Assembly (NCBI GenBank): GCA_964535935.1
Contig: CAZHWM010000007.1
Coordinates: forward strand, 37,708 to 101,707
DNA length: 64,000 nucleotides
Direction: 5' to 3'
Source: an uncultured Planctomycetales bacterium
GTDB lineage: Bacteria > Omnitrophota > Gorgyraeia > Zapsychrales > Zapsychraceae
Under the pieces are notes generated by a model that saw only the letters and a list, made by a program, of their open reading frames with translations, had not been told where the DNA came from and did no database searches. Positions within the stretch are counted from its first letter, which is position 1. Every line of letters starts with the position of its first letter. Positions 1 through 9,147 of the stretch are shown here, in pieces. The position numbers and the translations under genes are program-made.

Positions 1-355
1 CCGGGGCAGCAACAACCACATCAAACCCCAAAAAACCCTTTAATACCTTTTCCACCAAATCATCCGCTCCAACAATATCTGCTCCTGCCTCTTTTGCCTT
101 TTGTTCTAATTCTCCTTTACAAAAAACTGCTATCCTTATTTTTTTACCAACTCCATGTGGGAGAACCACCGTCCCTCTAACAGTTTGATCAGAACTCTTA
201 GGATTGATCCTTAAAGAAAAATGCAGCTCTACACTCTCATCGAAATTAACCTTAGGAAATTTATCTATCTTCTCTATAGCCTCTTCTAAGGAATATTCCT
301 TTTTGGTATCAACAACTTCCCTTGCCTGTTTCATCCTTTTGCTTATTCTAACCAT
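1..355 (-). CDS. rplA: 50S ribosomal protein L1, N-terminal part (C-terminus runs off the window start)
   Basis: Minus-strand translation from the ATG at 353-355 gives MVRISKRMKQAREVVDTKKEYSLEEAIEKIDKFPKVNFDESVELHFSLRINPKSSDQTVRGTVVLPHGVGK..., which is typical L1. It starts 1 nt after the rplK stop, the conserved rplKA order. Confidence 0.9.
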   Translation of the reverse strand, partial: MVRISKRMKQAREVVDTKKEYSLEEAIEKIDKFPKVNFDESVELHFSLRINPKSSDQTVRGTVVLPHGVGKKIRIAVFCKGELEQKAKEAGADIVGADDLVEKVLKGFLGFDVVVAAP

Positions 356-356
356 T

Positions 357-782
357 TTAATCTACCACCTCAATACCCATACTTTTTGCTGTCCCACGAA
401 TAATCTTGATAGCCTTCTCAAGATCAGATGTATTCAAATCTTCCATCTTTGTCTTAGCTATCTCTTCAACCTGCTTTTTGGTAATCTGACCTATATTTTC
501 CTTCCCTGCCATACCCGAAGCCTTAGCCAGATTAGCTGCCTTCTTAATCAAAACTGAACTAGGAGGAGTCTTAATAACAAAATCAAATGATTTATCTTTA
601 TATACACTAATAACTGCTGGGAGGATTAATCCCTCCTTGCCCTTAGTTTTATCATTAAATGCCTTACAAAAGGCCATAATATTAACCCCATGTTGACCAA
701 GGGCAGGCCCCACAGGAGGTGCAGGATTTGCTTGTCCTGCAGGAACATATAATTTTATTTGTGCAACAACTTCTTTAGCCAT
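357..782 (-). CDS. rplK: 50S ribosomal protein L11
   Basis: 141-aa [39 protein letters not shown] is the near-invariant L11 N-terminal domain. Confidence 0.97.
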   Translation of the reverse strand: MAKEVVAQIKLYVPAGQANPAPPVGPALGQHGVNIMAFCKAFNDKTKGKEGLILPAVISVYKDKSFDFVIKTPPSSVLIKKAANLAKASGMAGKENIGQITKKQVEEIAKTKMEDLNTSDLEKAIKIIRGTAKSMGIEVVD

Positions 783-854
783 ATCAATTTCTCAACTTTT
801 AAAATTATTTTACTAAAAAATCACCTTTATCTTATACGCAAAATCTCAACAAAA

Positions 855-1382
855 TTACAATTTTTCAACCTGCCAATATTCTAACTCTACTGGCGTTGAT
901 CGGCCGAACACAGAAACACTTACCTTTAACTTTCCTCGTTCCGGATATATCTCTGTTACAGAACCATTAAAATTTGCAAACGGACCTTCTGCAATTCTTA
1001 TTGACTCTCCCACCTCAAAAGTAGTCTTCGGAGTAGGCTTTATCTCGGTATCCTCTGTTCTCCTTAAAATAAGCTTGACCTCTTCCTCAGAGATAGGCGT
1101 AGGCTTCCTTCCCATTCCTATAAAACCAGTTATTCCCGGTGTGCTCTTCACAAGATACCAACTTTCTTTTGTCATCTCCATTTTAATAATCACATAGCCC
1201 GGGAAAAACTTTCTTTCAGAAATCCTTTTCTTACCTCCTCGTACCTCAGAAACCTGTTCAGTAGGCACAACTATCTCCTCAATATAATCCTTCAAAGCCG
1301 TAGTTTGCATTCTTTTTAACAATCCTGCCTTTGCTTTTTCTTCTGAACCTGTTTGTGTATGTACAACATACCATTTCTTCAT
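855..1382 (-). CDS. nusG: Transcription termination/antitermination factor NusG
   Basis: 175-aa ORF with an NGN start (KKWYVVHTQTGSEEKA) and a C-terminal KOW (GESIRIAEGPFANFNGSVTEI). Conserved secE-nusG-rplK context. Confidence 0.95.
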   Translation of the reverse strand: MKKWYVVHTQTGSEEKAKAGLLKRMQTTALKDYIEEIVVPTEQVSEVRGGKKRISERKFFPGYVIIKMEMTKESWYLVKSTPGITGFIGMGRKPTPISEEEVKLILRRTEDTEIKPTPKTTFEVGESIRIAEGPFANFNGSVTEIYPERGKLKVSVSVFGRSTPVELEYWQVEKL

Positions 1383-1385
1383 CGA

Positions 1386-1577
1386 TTACACCCGTCTAAT
1401 AACAATCTCTAATATTTTTGAAAGAACAAAATCTGTACATGCTATAAAAACGCCCAAAAGGGCTGAGCTAATCAAAATAAGCCACGTAGAATCTATTAGC
1501 TCTCTACGCGTAGTCCAAGATACTTGCTTTAACTCAACAATCACCTCTGATATAAATTTCTTAATTTTCCCAAACAT
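1386..1577 (-). CDS. secE: Preprotein translocase subunit SecE (63 aa, single TM)
   Basis: The ORF-track start at 1625 runs into the tRNA-Trp gene. The internal ATG at 1575-1577 gives MFGKIKKFISEVIVELKQVSWTTRRELIDSTWLILISSALLGVFIAC..., typical short SecE directly upstream of nusG. Confidence 0.85.
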   Translation of the reverse strand: MFGKIKKFISEVIVELKQVSWTTRRELIDSTWLILISSALLGVFIACTDFVLSKILEIVIRRV

Positions 1578-1593
1578 AATTTTTTCTAACTCA

Positions 1594-1667
1594 CAGGCCT
1601 GGCAGGATTCGAACCTACAACCCACGGTTTTGGAGACCGTTGCTCTACCAATTAGAGCTACAGGCCT
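1594..1667 (-). tRNA. trnW: tRNA-Trp (anticodon CCA)
   Basis: 74-nt minus-strand cloverleaf AGGCCTGTAGCTCTAATTGGTAGAGCAACGGTCTCCAAAACCGTGGGTTGTAGGTTCGAATCCTGCCAGGCCTG. The 7-bp acceptor is AGGCCTG/CAGGCCT, the anticodon loop is CT-CCA-AA and the T-loop is GTTCGAATC. No CCA is encoded. Confidence 0.9.
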
Positions 1668-1720
1668 ATTTTGATCCCAATACCTATTATTTCTAAAATT
1701 TCATGTTATTATACAAATTT

Positions 1721-1894
1721 CTATTTCTTCATCTCGCGATGCAAAACATGCCGACGACAGAAACGACAATATTTCTTCAACTCCAACCTCTCTGGGTGTT
1801 TCTTCTTATCCTTCGTACCAACATAGTTGATACGATGACATTCAGTGCATTCAAACCTTGTAGTTTCTCGCGATCTTGATTTTGATTTTGCCAT
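1721..1894 (-). CDS. rpmG: 50S ribosomal protein L33 (57 aa; below the ORF-track size cutoff)
   Basis: Manual minus-strand translation gives [57 protein letters not shown] then TAG. It has the CxxC...CxxC zinc ribbon and the LELKKYC motif of L33. Confidence 0.9.
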   Translation of the reverse strand: MAKSKSRSRETTRFECTECHRINYVGTKDKKKHPERLELKKYCRFCRRHVLHREMKK

Positions 1895-1964
1895 CTATTC
1901 TAAATCCTTTAATTTTCTTCAAAATTAATTCAAAAAAACTGTTAGGATCAATTAATTCACACAA

Positions 1965-2037
1965 AGCCCCCGACCGGAATTGAACCGGTGACCCCGTCCT
2001 TACCAAGGACGTGCTCTACCGTCTGAGCTACAGGGGC
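1965..2037 (-). tRNA. trnT: tRNA-Thr (anticodon GGT)
   Basis: 73-nt minus-strand cloverleaf GCCCCTGTAGCTCAGACGGTAGAGCACGTCCTTGGTAAGGACGGGGTCACCGGTTCAATTCCGGTCGGGGGCT. The anticodon stem-loop is CGTCC-TTGGTAA-GGACG. Confidence 0.9.
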
Positions 2038-2119
2038 AGAACCGATCAAATTTTCATATAAACAGTCCTGCCTCTAAGACTTTTTTACTACACGCAAAAC
2101 AACTATTATAAATAGGATA

Positions 2120-2147
2120 AGTATACCTTAAAAACTCATATTGTCAA
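2120..2147 (-). promoter_or_regulatory. Candidate sigma70 promoter for the tRNA-Thr/rpmG/tRNA-Trp/secE-nusG unit
   Basis: Minus strand reads TTGACA (2147..2142), a 16-nt spacer, then TATACT (2125..2120), about 75 nt upstream of tRNA-Thr. Confidence 0.45.
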
Positions 2148-2191
2148 GCAATTTATTCTAAAGTTCCTTGACAAATCACAACAATACCAAA

Positions 2192-3358
2192 TTAAACTAG
2201 CCTGAGAAATCTCCTCTTACCTACTTTCAATACACCCTTTTTGACTATAAAATCACTATCCAATACTTTAACCCCGTCGAGAGATACCGCTCCTTGCATT
2301 ATCAATCTTCTTGCCTCATTCTTAGAACACGACAAAGAAGAATTAATCATAACATCAATAACAGTTTCTTCTCTCTCTGTTTTTAGCTTATATTCTGGTA
2401 TATCTGCTGGCAACCTTTTCTGGGAAAAAATCTTTTCAAACTCTACTCTCGCCTCTCTTGCACATTCAATTCCATGAAACTGCTCTACTATATCCTCAGC
2501 TAATTTAAGTTTCGCATCTTTAGGATGCATATTCTTTATTTTATTAAGGTCGAGATCAGTTAGACATTCAAAATACTTAAACATCAATTCATCACTTATC
2601 GACATTAACTTACCAAACATTTCAGATGGCGGCTCGTTAATACCCACATAGTTGCCAAGTGATTTACTCATTTTCTGCACGCCATCTGTCCCCTCTAAAA
2701 GAGGAGTCATTACAAGCACCTCTGGTTCCTGTCCATATGCCTTTTGCAACTCCCTAGCCATAAGAAGATTAAACTTTTGATCTGAGCCTCCTAATTCAAT
2801 ATCTGCCTTCAAATATATAGAGTCATATCCCTGAAGCAGTGGATAGATAAATTCTAAGATACTTATTTCTCTCCCCGACTCATACCGTTTTTTAAAATCA
2901 GCCCTTGCCAGCATCTGCGCCACAGTAGAATGTGCTGTCAATTCCAAAATATCCTGTGCTGTCAGTCTATTAAGCCAGCTACTATTAAAAACCACTTCTG
3001 TCTTTTGAGGATCAAGTATCTTAAACGCCTGAGCCTTATATGTCTCTGCATTCTCCGCTATTTGTTCCTTACTTAGCCGTGGACGAAGCTGATCCTTCCC
3101 TGTAGGATCTCCAACCTGAGCGGTAAAATCACCTATAAGAAAAAAAACTGTATGCCCAAGATCCTGAAACTGCCTTAATTTTCTAAGCAGGACCACATGC
3201 CCAAGATGAATATCAGGTGCTGTAGGATCAAATCCCGCCTTTATTCTAAGGGGAGTCCCCTTTTCAGAAGCCCTTCGTAACTTATCTTCAAGCCATTGAA
3301 CATCAATAATCTCTGCTGTTCCGCGGCAAATCTTCTCAACTACATCAACTATATTCAT
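2192..3358 (-). CDS. tyrS: Tyrosine--tRNA ligase (short form with C-terminal S4-like domain)
   Basis: 388 aa. Class I HIGH (DIHLGH) and KMSKS motifs, [13 protein letters not shown], and a C-terminal S4-like [19 protein letters not shown]. Confidence 0.95.
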   Translation of the reverse strand: MNIVDVVEKICRGTAEIIDVQWLEDKLRRASEKGTPLRIKAGFDPTAPDIHLGHVVLLRKLRQFQDLGHTVFFLIGDFTAQVGDPTGKDQLRPRLSKEQIAENAETYKAQAFKILDPQKTEVVFNSSWLNRLTAQDILELTAHSTVAQMLARADFKKRYESGREISILEFIYPLLQGYDSIYLKADIELGGSDQKFNLLMARELQKAYGQEPEVLVMTPLLEGTDGVQKMSKSLGNYVGINEPPSEMFGKLMSISDELMFKYFECLTDLDLNKIKNMHPKDAKLKLAEDIVEQFHGIECAREARVEFEKIFSQKRLPADIPEYKLKTEREETVIDVMINSSLSCSKNEARRLIMQGAVSLDGVKVLDSDFIVKKGVLKVGKRRFLRLV

Positions 3359-3505
3359 CTCACAACTAAGTCTATCTTCCCACTGTCAAAATCTGACAAT
3401 GAGAGCTCTCATTCAATTGTTAAATAATACCTTTGGCATGCACATAGATAGCAAACAACAAGGGTGACAGAAATGAGGAAGGGGAACCTTTATCTTATCC
3501 ACATA

Positions 3506-5050
3506 CTAAAGTTTTGCACCCACCCCTATTTTCATCTGCTCTACGTCTACTTTGATAATTCGTACCTTCAACTTGTCTCCTGGTTTTAATGCTGCTGCTT
3601 TATCTTTATCTATCTCCGATGAATACACCAAGGCCTCGACCTCATCGTCTAATTTCACAAATACACCAAAATTAGAATTTAATACTACCTCAGCATCCAC
3701 CTCTGTGCCCACAGGATATTTCTCTGCAATCTTAGGCCATGGATTTTCTGTAAACTGTTTTAATCCTAAATTTATCTTACGGTTCTCTGGATCTACAGCA
3801 AGAACAACAACACCTACCTCTTCTCCCTTTTTAAGTACATCCTGAGGATGATTAATCTTTTTCGTCCATGACATATCAGAAATATGAATCATGCCTTCCA
3901 GCCCTGAATCCAATTCCACAAAAGCGCCATAATCAGTAAATCCTCTCACCCTTCCTGTCACCTTTGACCCGACCTTATATTTTTCCGCTGCCTCTAACCA
4001 AGGATTGGCCTCTAATTGTTTCATGCTAAGAGAAATTCTCTTAGAATCTTTATCTACGTTAATAATCTGAACCTCAACCTCATCTCCAACTTTAAACATC
4101 TCCTGAGGATTAACCAATTTCTTCTGCCATGTTATCTCTGATGAATGCAACAATCCTTCAATACCCTTCTCTATCTCAACAAATACACCATAAGGCATAA
4201 CATTTACTACCTTCCCCTTTATCTTTGTCCCTGTAGGATATTTTTCATAGATATCATTCCATGGATTTTCTGTAATCTGCTTTAACCCTAAAGATACCTT
4301 GGAATTCTCTTTGTCAAAATCTAAAATAACCACTTCTATCTTATCCCCAATAGAGACAATCTCGGACGGATGATTAACTCTTGTCCAACTCATATCTGTA
4401 ATATGAAGAAGACCATCTATCCCTCCAAGGTCAATAAAGGCACCAAAATCGGTTATACCTTTTATTGTCCCCATTCTCTTTTGGCCTTTTTCTAATTCAT
4501 TCCATAACTTCTCTCTTATCCTCTGTCTCTCCTTCTGGACAACTTCTCTACGAGAAAGAATCAAATTCCTCTTAGCCTTATTCAATTTGGCAACCTGAAA
4601 TCTAAATTTATTTGCTATAATTTGATCTATTGCTACTCCCTTAAAAGCAGACAAAGACATTGGTAAAAATGCCTCAACGCCTTCTATATCTACAATAAAC
4701 CCCCCCTTAACCTGCTTAATTACACGGCCTTCTACCTCATCTCCTTCATTTATAGAATCACCTAACTTCATCCAACCTTTTAATTTCTCTGCCTTTAATC
4801 TAGAAAGAACAACCCTACCATCATCATCTTCTATTGACTCTATCAATACATCTATCTCACATCCCTCCTCAATCTTATCCATATTTCGAAACTCTTCCAG
4901 GGGAACAAAACCTTCTGATTTAAAACCTATATCCACTATTGCCTCTTTATTGTTAAACGATACAACACACCCTTTAACAATCTCCCCCTCTCTAATATCT
5001 TTGAAGGTTTCGTTATATAATTCTTCCATAGATAACATTTGTTCTGTCAT
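3506..5050 (-). CDS. rpsA: 30S ribosomal protein S1
   Basis: 514 aa made of repeated S1 OB-fold units (recurrent G..V.G.V........GAFV.L..G.EGL.HISD pattern). Confidence 0.95.
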   Translation of the reverse strand: MTEQMLSMEELYNETFKDIREGEIVKGCVVSFNNKEAIVDIGFKSEGFVPLEEFRNMDKIEEGCEIDVLIESIEDDDGRVVLSRLKAEKLKGWMKLGDSINEGDEVEGRVIKQVKGGFIVDIEGVEAFLPMSLSAFKGVAIDQIIANKFRFQVAKLNKAKRNLILSRREVVQKERQRIREKLWNELEKGQKRMGTIKGITDFGAFIDLGGIDGLLHITDMSWTRVNHPSEIVSIGDKIEVVILDFDKENSKVSLGLKQITENPWNDIYEKYPTGTKIKGKVVNVMPYGVFVEIEKGIEGLLHSSEITWQKKLVNPQEMFKVGDEVEVQIINVDKDSKRISLSMKQLEANPWLEAAEKYKVGSKVTGRVRGFTDYGAFVELDSGLEGMIHISDMSWTKKINHPQDVLKKGEEVGVVVLAVDPENRKINLGLKQFTENPWPKIAEKYPVGTEVDAEVVLNSNFGVFVKLDDEVEALVYSSEIDKDKAAALKPGDKLKVRIIKVDVEQMKIGVGAKL

Positions 5051-5139
5051 ATAAATTTACCTCATTCCTTTTATTTTCTACCACCTAAAACAAGGGGCAC
5101 ATAATTATCGCAAAATATGCCAATTTGTCAATGAAATTA

Positions 5140-5736
5140 TTATCTAAATCTCGCAAGAGATTCGATGGAACCCATAATCTCTTCTGCTATTTCCTGGTAT
5201 GATTTCCCTACTGTTTCTGTTATATGAAATGGTTTGCCAAAACGCACAATTACTCTTTTCCGTTTAGGGAATTTACTACCAGGAGCTAACACCTTATCTG
5301 ACCCATCTATATATACCGGAACTATAGGTGCACTACTCTTTGCAACTATCATTCCTATCCCTGCCTGCACCTTTTGTTTCCTCTGCCTAACAAGTCGTGT
5401 ACCTTCTGGGAATATAAGCACAGGCATTCCCCTTTTTAGTCTTGATAATATCTCCCTTATTGCACGAAAATCAGCTGTTCCTCGACGTATAGGGAATGCT
5501 TCTAAATGCGTCAAAATCCACGATAATAATCGATTATCGAATAAAGACTTCTTAGCAACAAAACTTATCCGTCTCTTTATAAGTATAGGAATTATCATAG
5601 GGTCCAGATAACTCCTATGATTACTGGCCAATATAAAAGCCCCCTTCGACGGGATATGTTCTATACCGTATACGCGTATAGGGAAAAATAATCCTCTTAT
5701 AACTTTTACAAAAAACCACGTAAACCAATAAAACAT
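5140..5736 (-). CDS. plsC: 1-acyl-sn-glycerol-3-phosphate acyltransferase
   Basis: 198 aa. Acyltransferase motif I NHRSYLDP and motif III FPEGTR. Confidence 0.85.
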   Translation of the reverse strand: MFYWFTWFFVKVIRGLFFPIRVYGIEHIPSKGAFILASNHRSYLDPMIIPILIKRRISFVAKKSLFDNRLLSWILTHLEAFPIRRGTADFRAIREILSRLKRGMPVLIFPEGTRLVRQRKQKVQAGIGMIVAKSSAPIVPVYIDGSDKVLAPGSKFPKRKRVIVRFGKPFHITETVGKSYQEIAEEIMGSIESLARFR

Positions 5737-5747
5737 TAGAAAATCAC

Positions 5748-7181
5748 TTATTTTCGTAATAAGGTTTCACCATAGGCAATCAACTCTTTTGCCCTTTTAA
5801 GCGTTCGTGCCTCAGAATATGCCCTTACCAGAGGCTCTGTTCCAGATGGCCTTAACATTAACCAGCTTTCATCCTCACATATCAATTTAACACCATCAAA
5901 ATCCTTTACATCAACCACCTTTTTACCCAATAATGTTTTTATTGCCTTAATTCTATCTGGGTCAAACCTCCCTTCTTTGAGTCTTAAATCACTTCTCTGA
6001 TAATAATACCGGCCAAACTCTCTTTCCATATCAGCCACAATCTGCCTGATATCCTTTTTCAAATACACCATCATCTCTAAAAGCAGCAACCCTGCAAGAG
6101 TCCCGTCTCTTTCAGGGATATAATCCTGAACACCCATGCCACCTGCCTCTTCCCCTCCTGCAACAATCCTATCTGAAACCATTATATCTGAAATATATTT
6201 AAACCCTACAGGAGTCTCATAAAGTTTAAGACCTAACTTCTTTGCAATATTATCAATCATGGTGGTTCCACATATGGTCTTTACAACACCTCCTTTACGG
6301 CCACGATTCCTTACCAAATGTAAGATAAGCAACCCAAGTATCTTCTGCGGATGTATAAATTTACCAGCAGAATCTATGGCTGCTATTCTATCGGCATCCC
6401 CATCCAGTACAAGCCCTATATCAAACTTTTCCTTCTTTACCCTCGACAATATCTCGCCAAGGTATGCAACGACCGGTTCTGGTTTCCCTCCATCAAAAGA
6501 AGGATTTACATCCTCACGCATTAAGGAAATACGTACCGAGGTGCCTTTAAGTGCCTCTGCCATAAGTGTACCACCACTTCCATGCATAACATCCGTCAAC
6601 ACCTTAAACCTTGATTTGCGTATACGTCCCATATCAAGATAATTTCTAATAAACTTAAGATAATCAGATTTAAAATCCTGCACAATTATCTTCTTTTCCT
6701 TCTGAGCCTGAACAAAATCTAATATCTTTACCGGTCTCTTCTCTAGATAGCCTTCTACCTTCCTTGTTATCTCTACAGAAGCACCTCCTCCATCTCCTGT
6801 TTTAATTTTTACACCATTAAATTTTGCAGGATTATGACTGGCTGATATCATTATGCCTGCATTACATTTCTTCTTTGCTGTCCTATAACTTAAAGTAGGG
6901 GTTGGTATATATGCATCAGAAAGGATCACCTTAATATTATTTGCAGCAAACACACAACTGATAGTCTCTGCATATTCTTTGGATAAAAATCGAGTATCGT
7001 AACCAACTGCAACACTCTTCCCATTCGAATTTCTAACAGACAGATCTTTATTTATCCACTCACTTATAGCTTGTCCCAATATCGCAACGTTTCTAAATGT
7101 AAAAGTGTCTGAGATAACTCCCCTCCAGCCATCGGTTCCAAATTTTATCACATCTTTTGCACTAACAGTTTTGAGATTCAT
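5748..7181 (-). CDS. Alpha-D-phosphohexomutase (phosphomannomutase/phosphoglucomutase family)
   Basis: 477 aa. Catalytic-serine loop GIMISASHNPAKFNGVK, metal loop LDGDADR, sugar loop GGEEAGG. Confidence 0.85.
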   Translation of the reverse strand: MNLKTVSAKDVIKFGTDGWRGVISDTFTFRNVAILGQAISEWINKDLSVRNSNGKSVAVGYDTRFLSKEYAETISCVFAANNIKVILSDAYIPTPTLSYRTAKKKCNAGIMISASHNPAKFNGVKIKTGDGGGASVEITRKVEGYLEKRPVKILDFVQAQKEKKIIVQDFKSDYLKFIRNYLDMGRIRKSRFKVLTDVMHGSGGTLMAEALKGTSVRISLMREDVNPSFDGGKPEPVVAYLGEILSRVKKEKFDIGLVLDGDADRIAAIDSAGKFIHPQKILGLLILHLVRNRGRKGGVVKTICGTTMIDNIAKKLGLKLYETPVGFKYISDIMVSDRIVAGGEEAGGMGVQDYIPERDGTLAGLLLLEMMVYLKKDIRQIVADMEREFGRYYYQRSDLRLKEGRFDPDRIKAIKTLLGKKVVDVKDFDGVKLICEDESWLMLRPSGTEPLVRAYSEARTLKRAKELIAYGETLLRK

Positions 7182-7239
7182 ATGCTTCCTTTCTTAAATA
7201 TTGCCCAAAATTAAATTTATCCTAAATTAATTAAATATG

Positions 7240-7821
7240 TTAAATTTTAGAAGTATATAACTTATGTCTTTGGATATATCGAATCACTGCATCCGGGATA
7301 AGATACCTTACAGTTTTACCCGAAGCAATCCTCTTACGTATAAATGAAGAAGATATATCTAATACAGGGATATCAACTCTTCTTACATCTATCTTCCCCC
7401 TCAAAGAACCTGTTCCCGGTCGGCTCACAGCCACAAATGTTGCTAAGCGTAATATATCATCAATCCTATGCCACGTGTGCAATCCAGCAATATTATCCGT
7501 TCCTATTATAAAAAAAAGACGTATCTTAGAAGAAAAATTCTTATGAAAAAATTCCAGAGTATCAATACTATATGAAACACCTTTCTTTTTTATTTCAAAA
7601 TCCGATACATCAAAGAGATCATTCCCTTTAATTGCCAATTTTACCATATTATATCTATGTACTGCATCAATAACTGCCTTCCTACTCTTATTAGGCGGAA
7701 GATAAGATGGTATAAATATAACCTTATCCAGTTTCAATCTCTCACTGACAAACTGCGCAGAAACAAGATGACCTATATGAATAGGATTAAATGTCCCACC
7801 TAATATCCCTATACGCCTCAT
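7240..7821 (-). CDS. nadD: Nicotinate-nucleotide adenylyltransferase
   Basis: 193 aa. GGTFNPIHIGH nucleotidyltransferase motif and ISSSFIR. Lies in the conserved obg-proBA-nadD neighbourhood. Confidence 0.9.
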   Translation of the reverse strand: MRRIGILGGTFNPIHIGHLVSAQFVSERLKLDKVIFIPSYLPPNKSRKAVIDAVHRYNMVKLAIKGNDLFDVSDFEIKKKGVSYSIDTLEFFHKNFSSKIRLFFIIGTDNIAGLHTWHRIDDILRLATFVAVSRPGTGSLRGKIDVRRVDIPVLDISSSFIRKRIASGKTVRYLIPDAVIRYIQRHKLYTSKI

Positions 7822-7845
7822 TCTAGTATACCTTAATAACTTCTA

Positions 7846-7884
7846 CTGATGATACAATTTAATAAAGTTAAATTGTACCATCAG
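7846..7884 (-). other. 17-bp stem / 5-nt loop hairpin between proA and nadD (RNA element of unknown role)
   Basis: ctgatgatacaatttaa-taaag-ttaaattgtaccatcag. The single imperfect position is A/C on the plus strand but G.U on the transcribed minus strand. It starts 2 nt after the proA stop and is not followed by a U-tract. Confidence 0.6.
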
Positions 7885-7886
7885 AG

Positions 7887-9146
7887 TCATTGTCTTATCT
7901 GACCATTTCCATAGATAATATATTTATAAGTAGTCAATTCTCTTAATCCCATTGGTCCTCGAGCATGCAATTTATCTGTACTAATACCTATTTCAGCACC
8001 AAATCCAAACTGATACCCATCTGTAAATCTCGTAGAGGCATTTACATATACAGAGGATGAATCTACTGACTGCAAAAACACTTCTGCCTCTCTTTTATCT
8101 CTAGTAATAATAGCATCAGAATGGTGAGAGCCATGGGTATTAATATGATCAACTGCCTCTTGCAAGGAGTCTACTACCTTCACTGACAAAACAAGATCAA
8201 GATACTCCTCATCCCAATCTTTTGCCAATGCACGTTTTACTCCTTTTTTAACAATCTTTCTTGTCCTCATACATCCCCTTATCTCTACACCCGCCTCTTG
8301 AAATTGCTTAATCATCTCAGGTAAAAACCTATCTGCTATCTTGCTATGGACCAACATCGTTTCCATTGCATTACATACTCCTGGTCTCTGTACCTTTGCA
8401 TTAAAACAAATAGATGCGGCCATAGATAAATCTGCCTTATCACTAACATATGTATGACAAATACCTTTATAATGTTTAATAACTGGAATAGTCGAATTCT
8501 GAGAAACAAAACGAATAAGCCCTTCGCCTCCTCTTGGAATAATCATATCCACGTACTTATCCTGTTTTAAAAGAAAACCAACCGACTCTCTATCCGTAGA
8601 TGGCATCAATTGTATACATCCGGCTGGCAACTTAGAAGATAAAATTTCTTCTCTTAAAACTAAAAATATCGCTTTATTAGAAAAAGAGGCTTCTTTACCA
8701 CCTTTCAGCACAACTGCATTGCCCGATTTTATACATAAACCAATACAATCACTAGTAACATTAGGCCTGGATTCATAAATAATCCCAATAACTCCTATAG
8801 GGACCCTAACTTTTTTAATAAGTAATCCATTAGGTCTTTTAAAAGAGGCTATCTGTTCTCCAACAGGATCATCAAGTGCTGCTGTTTCATTAAGACATTC
8901 AGCCATAGCCTTAATCCTTGCATCATTTAACCTAAGCCTATCTATCAACGCAGATGAATATCCTTGTTTTTCAGCAAATGCAATGTCTTTTCGGTTCTCT
9001 TGTATAAGATACTCTGCATTCTTTTTTAAAGCACGGCTCATTCTGCGCAGAAGAGTATTCTTTTGTGCGGAATCCACTGTAACCATCTTCTCAGCAGCTG
9101 CCTTTGCAGCCTTAACCTTTTTTATTATCATAGATTCAGATACCAT
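7887..9146 (-). CDS. proA: Gamma-glutamyl phosphate reductase
   Basis: 419 aa of the aldehyde-dehydrogenase-like ProA family (VIGIIYESRPNVT, catalytic Cys context PGVCNAMETMLVH). Adjacent to proB. Confidence 0.95.
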   Translation of the reverse strand: MVSESMIIKKVKAAKAAAEKMVTVDSAQKNTLLRRMSRALKKNAEYLIQENRKDIAFAEKQGYSSALIDRLRLNDARIKAMAECLNETAALDDPVGEQIASFKRPNGLLIKKVRVPIGVIGIIYESRPNVTSDCIGLCIKSGNAVVLKGGKEASFSNKAIFLVLREEILSSKLPAGCIQLMPSTDRESVGFLLKQDKYVDMIIPRGGEGLIRFVSQNSTIPVIKHYKGICHTYVSDKADLSMAASICFNAKVQRPGVCNAMETMLVHSKIADRFLPEMIKQFQEAGVEIRGCMRTRKIVKKGVKRALAKDWDEEYLDLVLSVKVVDSLQEAVDHINTHGSHHSDAIITRDKREAEVFLQSVDSSSVYVNASTRFTDGYQFGFGAEIGISTDKLHARGPMGLRELTTYKYIIYGNGQIRQ

Positions 9147-9147
9147 A

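Noticed and set aside
204-557. 117-aa plus-strand ORF at the window start.
   Set aside because: It is antisense to the rplA/rplK genes, so it is a shadow ORF.
1578-1625. N-terminal 16-codon extension of the secE ORF in the track.
   Set aside because: The extension is encoded by the tRNA-Trp gene body. The internal ATG gives a normal 63-aa SecE.
3359-3505. Possible T-box leader upstream of tyrS, and a 16-bp palindrome aatgagagctctcatt at 3398..3413.
   Set aside because: I could find no T-box motif (AGGGUGGNACCGCG-like), specifier loop or terminator/antiterminator pair. The palindrome followed by GAUUUU may be a weak rpsA terminator or an operator, but the evidence is too thin to call it.
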